DNA of 63,187 nt, filler included, from Nitrospinota bacterium (GTDB taxonomy: Bacteria > JAUXIQ01): the NCBI GenBank assembly GCA_030620925.1. It is 9 parts of 9 records of this genome, joined end to end, with 100 filler letters (N's around TTAATTAATTAA, not from the genome) between each part and the next. Parts side by side here need not be neighbours in the genome. Positions count along the whole stretch, not along the records: positions 14,991 to 20,477 come from JAUXIQ010000160.1; positions 20,578 to 28,021 come from JAUXIQ010000088.1; 7 more parts are not named here. One strand, given 5' to 3'. Position numbers and translations under genes: made by a program. The notes below the pieces were generated by a model, which saw only the letters and a list, made by a program, of their open reading frames with translations, searched no databases and had not been told where the DNA came from. Every line of letters begins with the position of its first letter. Within the stretch, counting starts at the first letter, position 1. Positions 19,308 to 28,121 of the stretch are shown here, one piece after another.

Positions 19308-19363
19308 AATTTTTGGGGGGGATTAATATTAACCCTAGATTATAAGACAATAAGGATTAAGCG

Positions 19364-20200
19364 ATGTTAAACAAAATTTTGGTATGCCTGGATGATTCGG
19401 AACGAAGTAAAACGGCCACTCAATACGGCATATACCTGTCCAATCTATTCAATGCCCTGGCCACGGGTCTTCACGTGATAAACATCAAGGTGTTGCGAAG
19501 CTATTACTACGTTGATGCCTCGCTGGCACTCGGATATTCGGGCGACGTTAAAGACCTGTTGCCCCTGGAAGAGGCCATGAACAAGAAAGGGGACAAAATA
19601 CTTGAAGAGTTCCGAGAAGCATTTGCGGCAGAGGAAATAGAGGCTGAAACCAGGATAATCAAGGGGGTGGTGGATGATACCATAGTCGATGAGGGCAAAA
19701 ACCACGACTTGATCGTCATTCCGCAGACCGGCGAGCACACCCAATTTATCAAAGGGCTTATGGGCTCCACCACTGAACCCGTCCTGCATAAGAGCAGCAC
19801 GGCGGTTCTGGTTACCCCCGGAGATTTTAAAAAGATAGAGAATGCTTTCGCCGCCTACGATGGAAGCAATGCGGCGGGTAACGCACTGAAATTCGCCTGC
19901 AACTTTTGCAAGCGTCTTAACCTTCCCCTGGCAATACTGATAGTGGAAAACAACGGCGAAAAGAGCAAAAAGATAGGGCAGAGCGCAGAGGACATCTGCA
20001 AAGAGCAGGGAGTAGAGCCGGAGATAGTCGTGGTTCCCGGTTACCCGGAAGAAGAAATACTGAAATTCGCCATAATAAGGAAGATGGACCTGGCCTTTCT
20101 GGGCTCTCACGGGCATACAAGGTTGAGGGAGTTCATCCTGGGGAGCACCACCCTTTTCGTAACCCGCCAGGCTAAGACGGCGGTCCTGGTGACCAGATAG
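19364..20200 (+). CDS. Universal stress protein with tandem USP domains
   Basis: KILVCLDDS, MGSTTE, AYDGS, LGSHGHTRLREFILGSTT. Confidence 0.92.
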   Translation: MLNKILVCLDDSERSKTATQYGIYLSNLFNALATGLHVINIKVLRSYYYVDASLALGYSGDVKDLLPLEEAMNKKGDKILEEFREAFAAEEIEAETRIIKGVVDDTIVDEGKNHDLIVIPQTGEHTQFIKGLMGSTTEPVLHKSSTAVLVTPGDFKKIENAFAAYDGSNAAGNALKFACNFCKRLNLPLAILIVENNGEKSKKIGQSAEDICKEQGVEPEIVVVPGYPEEEILKFAIIRKMDLAFLGSHGHTRLREFILGSTTLFVTRQAKTAVLVTR

Positions 20201-20315
20201 GCGGCTCTTTTACTGAGGGTCCGGCGGAGGAGGTCAGGGAGGGCTTTTTTCTCAGGGTTGTCTGAACAGTCCTCAAGGAAGCGATATTCTGAAATAATAT
20301 CTACGCTATATGTGG

Positions 20316-20477
20316 CTATTTTTGCCCGGGTTTCTTTTTGGGCTTGGGGGCGAGCTTTATCAATAAGATATCGGATAAGCCGGACCCGTAGGATCGGGTA
20401 ACACCGGCAATTACGTAACCTCCGTCCCTAGTCTGTTGCGCAGAGACTGCATCGTCATACATCTTACCACCGAGGAC
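20316..20477 (-). CDS. C-terminal fragment of a beta-propeller-type repeat protein (5' end lost at linker)
   Basis: Not in the ORF track. Manual translation VLGGKMYDDAVSAQQTRDGGYVIAGVTRSYGSGLSDILLIKLAPKPKKKPGQK*, which fits the QQTxDGGYIIAGxTxSxG repeat of secreted proteins. Confidence 0.7.
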   Translation of the reverse strand, partial: VLGGKMYDDAVSAQQTRDGGYVIAGVTRSYGSGLSDILLIKLAPKPKKKPGQK

Positions 20478-20594
20478 NNNNNNNNNNNNNNNNNNNNNNN
20501 NNNNNNNNNNNNNNNNNNNNNTTAATTAATTAANNNNNNNNNNNNNNNNNNNNNNNNNNNNNNNNNNNNNNNNNNNNAATACCCCTCATCACGG

Positions 20595-20712
20595 AGGGCG
20601 GGTTTAAAACCCGCCCCTACGAGAGCCAATGTTTTCATTAAATCTTGTAGTCCCGCGATACGCGGTGTTGCCCCTACGCCCGCTGTTTAATGCAAATGAT
20701 ATAGCCCTACAA
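20595..20712. repeat. REP-like palindromes at contig end
   Basis: GGGCGGGTTTAAAACCCGCCCCTAC (same class as 9686-9710) plus further units ending in CCCTAC near 20677 and 20710. Confidence 0.8.
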
Positions 20713-20737
20713 GTCTCCCAATATAATATGCGCTTCG

Positions 20738-20905
20738 TTATTTCTTGAGCTTGATGCCTGCTTTGACCATGTCCCAGGTGTTCTCGTTGACCCCTGTCTC
20801 GCGCAGGACCTGTTTCCTCACCTTCTCGGTGGGTGTCTTGGGCAGCTCATCCACGAACTCTATAAAGCGGGGCACCATGAAGTAGGGTAGGCGTTTCCCA
20901 TCCTT
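20738..20905 (-). pseudogene. Orphan C-terminal remnant of a CaiC-like acyl-CoA ligase
   Basis: Manual translation KDGKRLPYFMVPRFIEFVDELPKTPTEKVRKQVLRETGVNENTWDMVKAGIKLKK* contains the A10-like PKTPTEK motif; there is no room for the N-terminal domain upstream. Confidence 0.75.
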
Positions 20906-20911
20906 TTACTA

Positions 20912-22633
20912 TTAACTTGCCACGTTATACCAGATCAGGGCGACGGTGAGATAGAGCAGCATGAAAGCATCCACCGAAGCGAAAAAGTTGTTTTCGGAAT
21001 ACAGGGCGTTGGCCCGACGCTTTACGGTCAGGATGAAAAAGTAGAGGGGCAGGGGCGCAAAAAAGTATCCCCATGCTGGAAAGATGCGGGCGACGGATGC
21101 ACCCGCCGTGATGGCGGCCAGGACTATTATGAGCCTGTAAATTAAGGTCACGGTTTTCTTTTCGCCCAACCGCGCCGCCAGCGTCATCCTTCCCAGCATC
21201 TTGTCCGCCTGTATATGCCTCAGGGCGAAGAAGTTTAATCTCAGAAACGAGATGAGAAATATGCAGACGCCCGCGATCAAGAAGGGCAGAAGGGTTGAGT
21301 TTGAGGCGGCTGCCGGTGTTCCGGCCAGGGCCAGGGCCCAGGCGAGAGACGTAGTTATCCCCCCTTCTCTCGACCATCTGCCCGGCCGCATTTTCCCCGC
21401 TTCGCCGCCGAAACCGCCCAGGTGGGAGGTTATCCCCAGGGCGAAGGCCGAAGACATGGTAATCAGTGAGACTATTCCCAGCCGGAGCGAGAGCAGCAGC
21501 GCTGCAAGACAGGCCGCCCCCGCCAGCGCCGCGAGCAACGTGCGGTTACTGGCGATGAATTTTCCCTTTACGGGGCTGGAGAAGTATATGCGTTCCGCGT
21601 CGGACAGGTTATGAACGGTCTGTTGGGAGAAAACGAAAAGGGCGCAGGCGGCGATCAGGAAAGGGGAGGCTCTCCCTTCGGTGAGGACGACTGTGGCCAT
21701 CAGCAGCCCCAATGCAGATAACGCGGTAAGCAGCCCTGAGCTGCACGCAAGATGAAGCAGTTTCGCCAAGACGCCGGGGAAATAGTGATTTTTCCTTCCC
21801 CGGATATGGTGCAGCTTTTCCACCACCCGCCGAATGGTCCAATCGGGTGTGGAGGCGCCTGCGGTTACCCCCACCACTTCCGCGCCGGTGAAAAACTCGG
21901 GCGAAAGCTCTTCTTCAGATTCGACGTGATGGGTAGGGACTCCATACTCCTTTGAAATTTCCGCCAGCCGGCGGGTGTTGCCGCTGTTTTTGCCACCCAC
22001 CACTATCACCGCGTCGACCTTACCGGCCATTCTGCGCACCTCTTCCTGCCGGAGGTGAGTCGATTCGCAGATGGTGTCGAATGAAATTACATCTCGATAC
22101 AGGCTTTTAATTCGGGCCACTATGCGGCTGTATTTCTCCTCGTCTTGAGTCGTCTGGGCCACGACCAGCACTTTTTCCATCGTCGGGAGGTCATCCACCT
22201 CCTCCACCGAGTTGATGACCAGTCCCCGGCCGTCGCTATAGCCCACGAGTCCCACGATTTCAGGATGGCCTGCGTCTCCCACGATAATGGGTGTGTAACC
22301 CTTCTTGACGTGCTTCTTGATGGTTGACTGGACGCTGCCCACCCTGGGGCATGTGGCGTCGCAGACCTTGACCCCGGATTCTTTTATCTTTTCGCGCAGT
22401 TGGGGAGGGATGCCGTGTGCCCGGATGAGCAGGGTGCCGGAGTGGAGGTCTTTAATATCCTCCACCACAGTTACTTCTTTCTGTTTCAGAAGCTCTACCG
22501 TCTGCGGGTTATGTATGAGAGGCCCGTAGGTGTAGACGGCATCCTGCCCCCGGTTGGCGGCATCCAGCACCTTGTTCATGGCCCGCTGCACACCCATGCA
22601 GAAGCCGGAGGTCTTCGCGACTTTTACCTTCAA
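20912..22633 (-). CDS. ispH: 4-hydroxy-3-methylbut-2-enyl diphosphate reductase fused to a C-terminal UbiA-like membrane domain
   Basis: GFCMGV, IHN, DATCP, GHPE, QTT, TICEST, NSGNT, GVTAGASTP, then about 290 hydrophobic residues including IQADKMLGRMTLAARLG. Confidence 0.93.
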   Translation of the reverse strand: MKVKVAKTSGFCMGVQRAMNKVLDAANRGQDAVYTYGPLIHNPQTVELLKQKEVTVVEDIKDLHSGTLLIRAHGIPPQLREKIKESGVKVCDATCPRVGSVQSTIKKHVKKGYTPIIVGDAGHPEIVGLVGYSDGRGLVINSVEEVDDLPTMEKVLVVAQTTQDEEKYSRIVARIKSLYRDVISFDTICESTHLRQEEVRRMAGKVDAVIVVGGKNSGNTRRLAEISKEYGVPTHHVESEEELSPEFFTGAEVVGVTAGASTPDWTIRRVVEKLHHIRGRKNHYFPGVLAKLLHLACSSGLLTALSALGLLMATVVLTEGRASPFLIAACALFVFSQQTVHNLSDAERIYFSSPVKGKFIASNRTLLAALAGAACLAALLLSLRLGIVSLITMSSAFALGITSHLGGFGGEAGKMRPGRWSREGGITTSLAWALALAGTPAAASNSTLLPFLIAGVCIFLISFLRLNFFALRHIQADKMLGRMTLAARLGEKKTVTLIYRLIIVLAAITAGASVARIFPAWGYFFAPLPLYFFILTVKRRANALYSENNFFASVDAFMLLYLTVALIWYNVAS

Positions 22634-22685
22634 CCCATACTCCCTGAATGAGCCTTTGATAGCCGGGGGGCATACGCCCCGTAAA

Positions 22686-22714
22686 ATTATATTCCCTCAG
22701 AGCCTGTATGTCAT
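22686..22714 (-). promoter_or_regulatory. Sigma70-type promoter of ispH
   Basis: Minus strand ATGACA-17 nt-TATAAT. Confidence 0.55.
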
Positions 22715-22759
22715 CAATATGCGATCGCATCCCGGCCTCACCGGAATTTCCGCCCATGA

Positions 22760-22797
22760 AAAAGAAAGGCGCGGCTTCTTAAGGCCGCGCCGCTTTT
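22760..22797 (-). terminator. Intrinsic terminator-like hairpin downstream of the thrC-like gene
   Basis: GGCGCGGC / GCCGCGCC stem with A/T runs on both sides. Confidence 0.6.
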
Positions 22798-22866
22798 GCT
22801 ATGAAGATGTGCCTTTGTTATCCCGTCTGATGAAGTTTTGTAAACAAAGATTTTTTCCCCGACCGG

Positions 22867-24093
22867 TTATATTTTCACCTGGTCCTTGAAATCGCTGAAC
22901 TGAGGCTTGATCTTGATGGGGCTTTTCACCGCGCCCATGATGGCTTCCTGGGTCTTGAGCCCGTTTCCGGTGATGTAGGCCACGGTGCGGTCATCCGGCG
23001 CGATCTTTCCCTGCTCCACCAGTTTCTTGAGCACCGCCACGGTGACCCCACCCGCGGTCTCGGTGAAAATCCCTTCAGTGCGCCCCAGCGTGAGCATACC
23101 TTCCACCAGCTCGTCGTCGGTGACGGATTCTATAACCCCTCCTGTCTCGGTAGCCACCCTTATAGCGTAGTATCCGTCGGCAGGGTTGCCGATTGCGATC
23201 GATTTGGCGATGGTTTCCGGCCTCACGGGTTTGATAAAGTCCCTGCCCTCCCTGAAGGCGGTGGCCACCGGCGAGCAGCCCTCCGCCTGGGCGCCGTTGG
23301 TCTTCACCTTCGCTTCCGGGATCAGCCCCAGCATTTGCAGCTCCTGGAAACCCTTGTATATTTTTGTGAGCAGGGACCCCGAACCGATGGGCACCACTAC
23401 CTGATCAGGCGCCGTCCATCCCATCTGTTCGGCGGTTTCATAAGCCAGCGTCTTTGAGCCCTCAGAGTAGTAGGGGCGGATGTTGATGTTCACGAAGGCC
23501 CAGGGGACTTCGTTGGCTATCTCGCTGCACAGGCGGTTTACATCGTCGTAGCTGCCGTCCACCGAGACCAGGGTGGGCTCGTAAATCTGGCTGCCCACCA
23601 CCTTGCCCACTTCCAGGTCTCCGGGAATAAATATAAAGCACCGGAATCCTGCCTCGGCCGCCAGGGCAGCAACGGCGTTGCCCAGATTGCCGGTGGAGGC
23701 GCAGGCAACGGTGTCGAAACCCATCTCTTTGGCCCTGGTCAGGGCCACGGATACCACGCGGTCCTTGAATGACAGGGTGGGGTGGTTAACGCTGTCGTTT
23801 TTTAAGTAGAGGTTATTAAGACCCAACTCCCTGCCCAGGTTCTCAGCCTTTATCAGAGGTGTGAAGCCGCTGTTCTCCCCCACTATCTGTTTGTCTGTCA
23901 CTGGCAGTAGGTCCTTGTAACGCCACATGCTTGGGGGCCCGTCGCGCAGGGACTGGTGGCTTATGCTTTGCTTGATTGCATCGTAGTTGTAATTAACCTC
24001 CAGGGGGCCGAAGCAAAATTCACATACGTGCAGGTCTTCAGCCGGGTATTCCCTGCTGCACTCGCGGCATATCAATCCTTTTATCCTGTCCAT
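22867..24093 (-). CDS. thrC: Threonine synthase-like PLP enzyme with N-terminal zinc ribbon
   Basis: CRECS...CEFCFGPL, PTLSFKDR, CASTGNL, NINIRPYYSEGSKT, IFTETAGGVT, ITGNGLK. Confidence 0.88.
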   Translation of the reverse strand: MDRIKGLICRECSREYPAEDLHVCEFCFGPLEVNYNYDAIKQSISHQSLRDGPPSMWRYKDLLPVTDKQIVGENSGFTPLIKAENLGRELGLNNLYLKNDSVNHPTLSFKDRVVSVALTRAKEMGFDTVACASTGNLGNAVAALAAEAGFRCFIFIPGDLEVGKVVGSQIYEPTLVSVDGSYDDVNRLCSEIANEVPWAFVNINIRPYYSEGSKTLAYETAEQMGWTAPDQVVVPIGSGSLLTKIYKGFQELQMLGLIPEAKVKTNGAQAEGCSPVATAFREGRDFIKPVRPETIAKSIAIGNPADGYYAIRVATETGGVIESVTDDELVEGMLTLGRTEGIFTETAGGVTVAVLKKLVEQGKIAPDDRTVAYITGNGLKTQEAIMGAVKSPIKIKPQFSDFKDQVKI

Positions 24094-24224
24094 TTATTCA
24101 CTCCTGCACTTGGCTGAGTTCCAGGACGGCCCGAGAGACAGCCGGATTATGGAAATTCTCCGCGTCCTGGCTGCATATCCTTTTATCCGGGAGTATTTCC
24201 CCCAGCCCGGTTCCCCATATTAAC

Positions 24225-24257
24225 AAAAAAACCTCTTCTTAAGTTATAAGAAGAGGT
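24225..24257 (-). terminator. Expression-platform terminator of the SAM-I riboswitch
   Basis: Minus strand ACCTCTTCTTA-TAACT-TAAGAAGAGGT followed by a U run. Confidence 0.85.
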
Positions 24258-24270
24258 CTTGATTTCTCCT

Positions 24271-24418
24271 CTCTTATCTCCCAAGAAGCGTCAAAGCCCT
24301 TATTTTAATGTCGGCTTTTGCTGTCTTCTTGCGGGAATTGGCACCGAAACGGCGAGGATCGATCCGTTTGGTTGCCGTGGTTTCGCAGGGCCCGTCCCTC
24401 CACCACTCTTGATAAGAG
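24271..24418 (-). promoter_or_regulatory. SAM-I (S-box) riboswitch
   Basis: Minus strand CTCTTATCAAGAGTGGTGGAGGGACGGGCCCTGCGAAACCACGGCAACC...GGTGCCAATTCC...GAGATAAGAG matches S-box consensus; P1 is CTCTTATC/GATAAGAG. Confidence 0.95.
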
Positions 24419-24521
24419 GCCTTCTTTATTTCATGCTTCAAGGCCTGAACCTGTTACCTTATCCTGAACTTTCCTCTCTGGCTTACATTCTGCTGTTAAT
24501 CTTTTCGCTCACTGCTCGCGC

Positions 24522-25517
24522 TTACTGTATCTCTTGCTCACTGGTTGCCATGGCTTTCAGAGCACGTTTGTATTGGATACCTTTAATCAGGCCCGCTACC
24601 CCGTATGGCACGAAGATGATGAAGAAGAGTAGAATGAGGCCGAATACGATTATCTGCCATTCTTGCAGTGATGACATGAATTCCGGCAGGGCGGTCAGGA
24701 ACACTGCCCCCATGATCGATCCTACGACGCTGGCGAAGCCTCCCACCACTATCATGACCAGGAACTGAAAGGAGAGGAAGATGGTGAAGGCGTTGGGCGC
24801 TATGTAGTGGAGGAGGTTACCGAACAGGGCGCCCGCGATGCCGGTGTAGAAAGCGCTGATGGTGAACGACATGGTTTTATATTTAGTGAGGTCCACTCCC
24901 ATGGTGGACGCGGCAATCTCGCTTTCCCTGATGGCCAGGAAGGCGCGCCCGTATTTGGTGCGCACAATATTGATGGCGAGGAATATAAAGATTAGTGTCA
25001 TGGCCAGTATAAAGTAGTAGAACTTCTTGTCGGAATCCATCACTATACCGGAATTGAAACCACCTATGGTGGGCATCGGCACGGCGATGCCCTGATGGCC
25101 GCCGGTGATAGCGTTCAACTGGAGTACGGTCTCTTCTACGATGAATCCGAAAGCAAGAGTGGCCATGGCGATATACATCCCGAAAAGGCGCAGACAGGGC
25201 AGGGCCAGAAGGAAACCTATCACCCCTGTAAAAATGCCCGCTATGGGCAAGGCCACAATAAACGGCACCAATCCTCTATCCACCAGGATGGCGGCAGTGT
25301 AGGCACCTATGGCGAAGAACCCCGCGTGGCCTATGGAGATGAGGCCGGTATAACCGGTCATTATGTTGAAACCGATAGCCACGATGGTATATACGCCTAT
25401 CAGAGACAGTATGAATACATAGTAGTCCAGCACGAAAGGAAGGGCGGGTACCACCAAAAGGACGATAATAATGGGTAACATCCACTTTAATGATTGTTTG
25501 GTTATCACTTTTTCCAT
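24522..25517 (-). CDS. livM: Branched-chain amino acid ABC transporter permease (LivM-like)
   Basis: GYTGLISIGHAGFFAIGAY, YIAMATLAFG, GRAFLAIRESEIAA, PYGVAG. Confidence 0.9.
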   Translation of the reverse strand: MEKVITKQSLKWMLPIIIVLLVVPALPFVLDYYVFILSLIGVYTIVAIGFNIMTGYTGLISIGHAGFFAIGAYTAAILVDRGLVPFIVALPIAGIFTGVIGFLLALPCLRLFGMYIAMATLAFGFIVEETVLQLNAITGGHQGIAVPMPTIGGFNSGIVMDSDKKFYYFILAMTLIFIFLAINIVRTKYGRAFLAIRESEIAASTMGVDLTKYKTMSFTISAFYTGIAGALFGNLLHYIAPNAFTIFLSFQFLVMIVVGGFASVVGSIMGAVFLTALPEFMSSLQEWQIIVFGLILLFFIIFVPYGVAGLIKGIQYKRALKAMATSEQEIQ

Positions 25518-25553
25518 GAGTGTCCTTCCTTGATTCCGAGACTATTGTGGAAG

Positions 25554-26417
25554 CTAAACTTTCTTTATCATTACGCCGAAGATGCCACTCGGTCTTATCA
25601 CCAGTACGGCCAGGAGGATGATGTACGCGAAAATATGTTTGAACTGGGCCGGGAGATAGAGGACCGACAGGTTTTCGGCGGCGCCGATAATCATGCATCC
25701 CACTATGGCGCCGGGTATGCTCCCGAAGCCGCCCAGAATAATGCCCGCAAACGATTTGATGAGGACCAGCCCCATTGCCGGCCACAGGTAGAGGATGGGA
25801 GCGGCCAGAATCCCCGCCGCGGCTCCGATGCTGGCGCTGATGATGAAGGTCATGCTGAATATGTTTTTAACCCCGATGCCCATGAGCGAGGAGGCCGTTC
25901 TATTCTGGGCGACAGCCCTCATGGCGGTGCCCATTTTGGTGAATTTGAAGAACAGCGATAGCGCCGCCACAATCATCATGGAGATGGCTATGATCCAGAG
26001 GCTCAAGGGTGTGAAGGCTATGTTACCTATCTTGAAGGCGTCCATGGTGAAAAGAGGGGGATAGACGACCACGTCGAAAGTCCAGATAAGCCCCGCTCCT
26101 CCTTGTAATACCGAAGCAAGTCCAAGGGTTGCGATAACGATGGTAAACACCGGGGTATCCATAATGGGTCTGATGACGCCGCGTTCAAGCCCATATCCGA
26201 AGGCGCCTGAGATTAACAGGGTGAGAATCACCGCGGCCCAGGTAGGCATTACTTGTAACAGGGAGAAGCTTATGAAGGCGCTTATCATCATCATGTCACC
26301 TTGGGCGAAGTTAATCACGTCTGTGGACTTGAAGATGATGATGAAAGCCAGAGCGGCAAGAGCATAAATGCTGCCGGTGGCGACCCCGTTGGTGACTGCC
26401 TGGATGACGTCTTCCAT
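25554..26417 (-). CDS. livH: Branched-chain amino acid ABC transporter permease (LivH-like)
   Basis: GSIYALAAL, INFAQGD, GTAMRAVAQN, GGFGSIPGAIVG, RPSGIFG. Confidence 0.9.
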   Translation of the reverse strand: MEDVIQAVTNGVATGSIYALAALAFIIIFKSTDVINFAQGDMMMISAFISFSLLQVMPTWAAVILTLLISGAFGYGLERGVIRPIMDTPVFTIVIATLGLASVLQGGAGLIWTFDVVVYPPLFTMDAFKIGNIAFTPLSLWIIAISMMIVAALSLFFKFTKMGTAMRAVAQNRTASSLMGIGVKNIFSMTFIISASIGAAAGILAAPILYLWPAMGLVLIKSFAGIILGGFGSIPGAIVGCMIIGAAENLSVLYLPAQFKHIFAYIILLAVLVIRPSGIFGVMIKKV

Positions 26418-26804
26418 TACTTTTTATTCCCCCTTAATCTATTCCGGGCTGTCCGCTGAATTTCGAACTTGTTCTTTAATAATATATGGTTTTGGTTGTA
26501 ATAGCTTGTAACATATAAGCGAAATGGGTGCACTATGTCAAGGGAAAATTAAAAAAACCCCTTAATTTCTTTCAATAGTTGCTGAAATTCGATGAACCTA
26601 CCTCTATTGAGTGCTCCAGAACCGGTGTGTCGGCCGGTTTCTGAGATTTTCCCCTTCAAAGGATAGCTTGAATGTTGTATTGTATATCTTTACAGACTTA
26701 AGATTCCGCTCCGCGGATGGGCCTCCATCAAAATCACTGCATCTCAAGATGAGGGGTTTCTCTGCGGGTTCTTTACTCATCAGGGCTGATATGGAGGATA
26801 TGGC

Positions 26805-27419
26805 TTGCTCTATCATTTTTCCCACGCGCTTTTCTTCGTGATAGCGTCCATTTTTTTTCGAATGCGGGCTTACGGGCGGAAAAATGTACCGCGCAAGGGG
26901 CCGGTGGTACTCGCTCCCAACCATGTAAGCTATTTTGATCCGGCGATAATAGGCACCGCGCTGTGGCGCAAGGTCAATTATGCCGCCAAAAGAGAGCTCT
27001 TCGATCGGCCCGTCTTCGGTTGGTGGCTGCGCAGCGTCCAGAGCTTCCCCATCGCCCGCGACGTAATGGACAGGCGAGCGCTGCGAATGGCCCTTAATTT
27101 TCTGAAGGATGAAAAGATAGTGCTCATGTTCCCCGAAGGCACGCGCGGCGACGGCAAACAACTCCTCGAAGCGCGGCCGGGGGTGGGGATGTTGGCCTAT
27201 ATGTCCAAAGCTCCCGTGGTGCCCGTCTACATTACGGGAACGGACCAGGTTTATCCCAAAGACGCAAAGATGTTTCGTTTCAAGCCCATTACAGTCTATT
27301 ACGGTAAACCCCTTGACCTGGAACGATATTACTCATCCAAAAAATATAAGGGCATGTATATGGATATCAGCCGGGAGATAATGAAAGGGCTTCAGGAGCT
27401 GAAAGATAAGCACGGCTGA
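26805..27419 (+). CDS. plsC: 1-acyl-sn-glycerol-3-phosphate acyltransferase
   Basis: NHVSYFD, AKRELF, FPEGTR, PVVPVYI; TTG start with GGAGG RBS. Confidence 0.92.
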   Translation: MLYHFSHALFFVIASIFFRMRAYGRKNVPRKGPVVLAPNHVSYFDPAIIGTALWRKVNYAAKRELFDRPVFGWWLRSVQSFPIARDVMDRRALRMALNFLKDEKIVLMFPEGTRGDGKQLLEARPGVGMLAYMSKAPVVPVYITGTDQVYPKDAKMFRFKPITVYYGKPLDLERYYSSKKYKGMYMDISREIMKGLQELKDKHG

Positions 27420-27461
27420 TTGCGGCGAAAACAGGCGATAAACGACCGCAACAAATCTTAA

Positions 27462-28021
27462 TCACTCCGTCTTTCGGTGGAGCTCTTCCAACGCTTCCAC
27501 CTCAATGTTTACTTCCTCGATGATCTCTTGTAGTTCCTCTTCTGAAGGGGCAGCGTCTTCCGCCCCGAAGCTGAGGCGTTTTATCCTGTGGCTGAGTTTT
27601 TCCGCCACCGCTGCGGTGTTCATCAATTGCTTCCTGAGCTTTCCCGCCTTCTCCTCCAGTTGTTTCCTGGTGATTAATTCTTCTTCCAGAGCCTCCATCT
27701 CGGCGTTAATCTCGGTTCTATGCTCACTCTCGGGCGTCCAGTTGAGCCTGCGTCGGAGCCTGCTCCGCCTGCGTTCTATTCGATAGAGGTCGCTTCCTCG
27801 CAGATGTTTTCCCACTTCCTGAAGTCGTTTATTCAGTCGGTTTGCGGCTTCGTCCATCTCCCGCATCCTCTCCCTTACGCCCGACGCGCGCTGCTGGAAT
27901 CCTTTGTTCCCGCTCTTAATATCCGCATCTACGGCCCTGCGGTGCCTCGTTGTTTTAAGAGCATAAGGTTCCCTGGTCGATGGGATGAGAAGGGCGGTTG
28001 CAAGCCCGACCACGGGGAAGA
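27462..28021 (-). CDS. Hypothetical coiled-coil protein, 5' truncated at linker
   Basis: Open frame to the contig end; hydrophobic stretch followed by charged, heptad-like helices. Confidence 0.65.
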
Positions 28022-28121
28022 NNNNNNNNNNNNNNNNNNNNNNNNNNNNNNNNNNNNNNNNNNNNTTAATTAATTAANNNNNNNNNNNNNNNNNNNNNNN
28101 NNNNNNNNNNNNNNNNNNNNN

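Noticed and set aside
20906-20914. Stop-codon readthrough joining IspH to the acyl-CoA ligase fragment
   Set aside because: Three consecutive stops (TAA TAG TAA) make readthrough or Sec/Pyl recoding implausible.
24259-24768. 169-aa ORF on the + strand
   Set aside because: It overlaps the SAM riboswitch and livM antisense and has no protein motifs.
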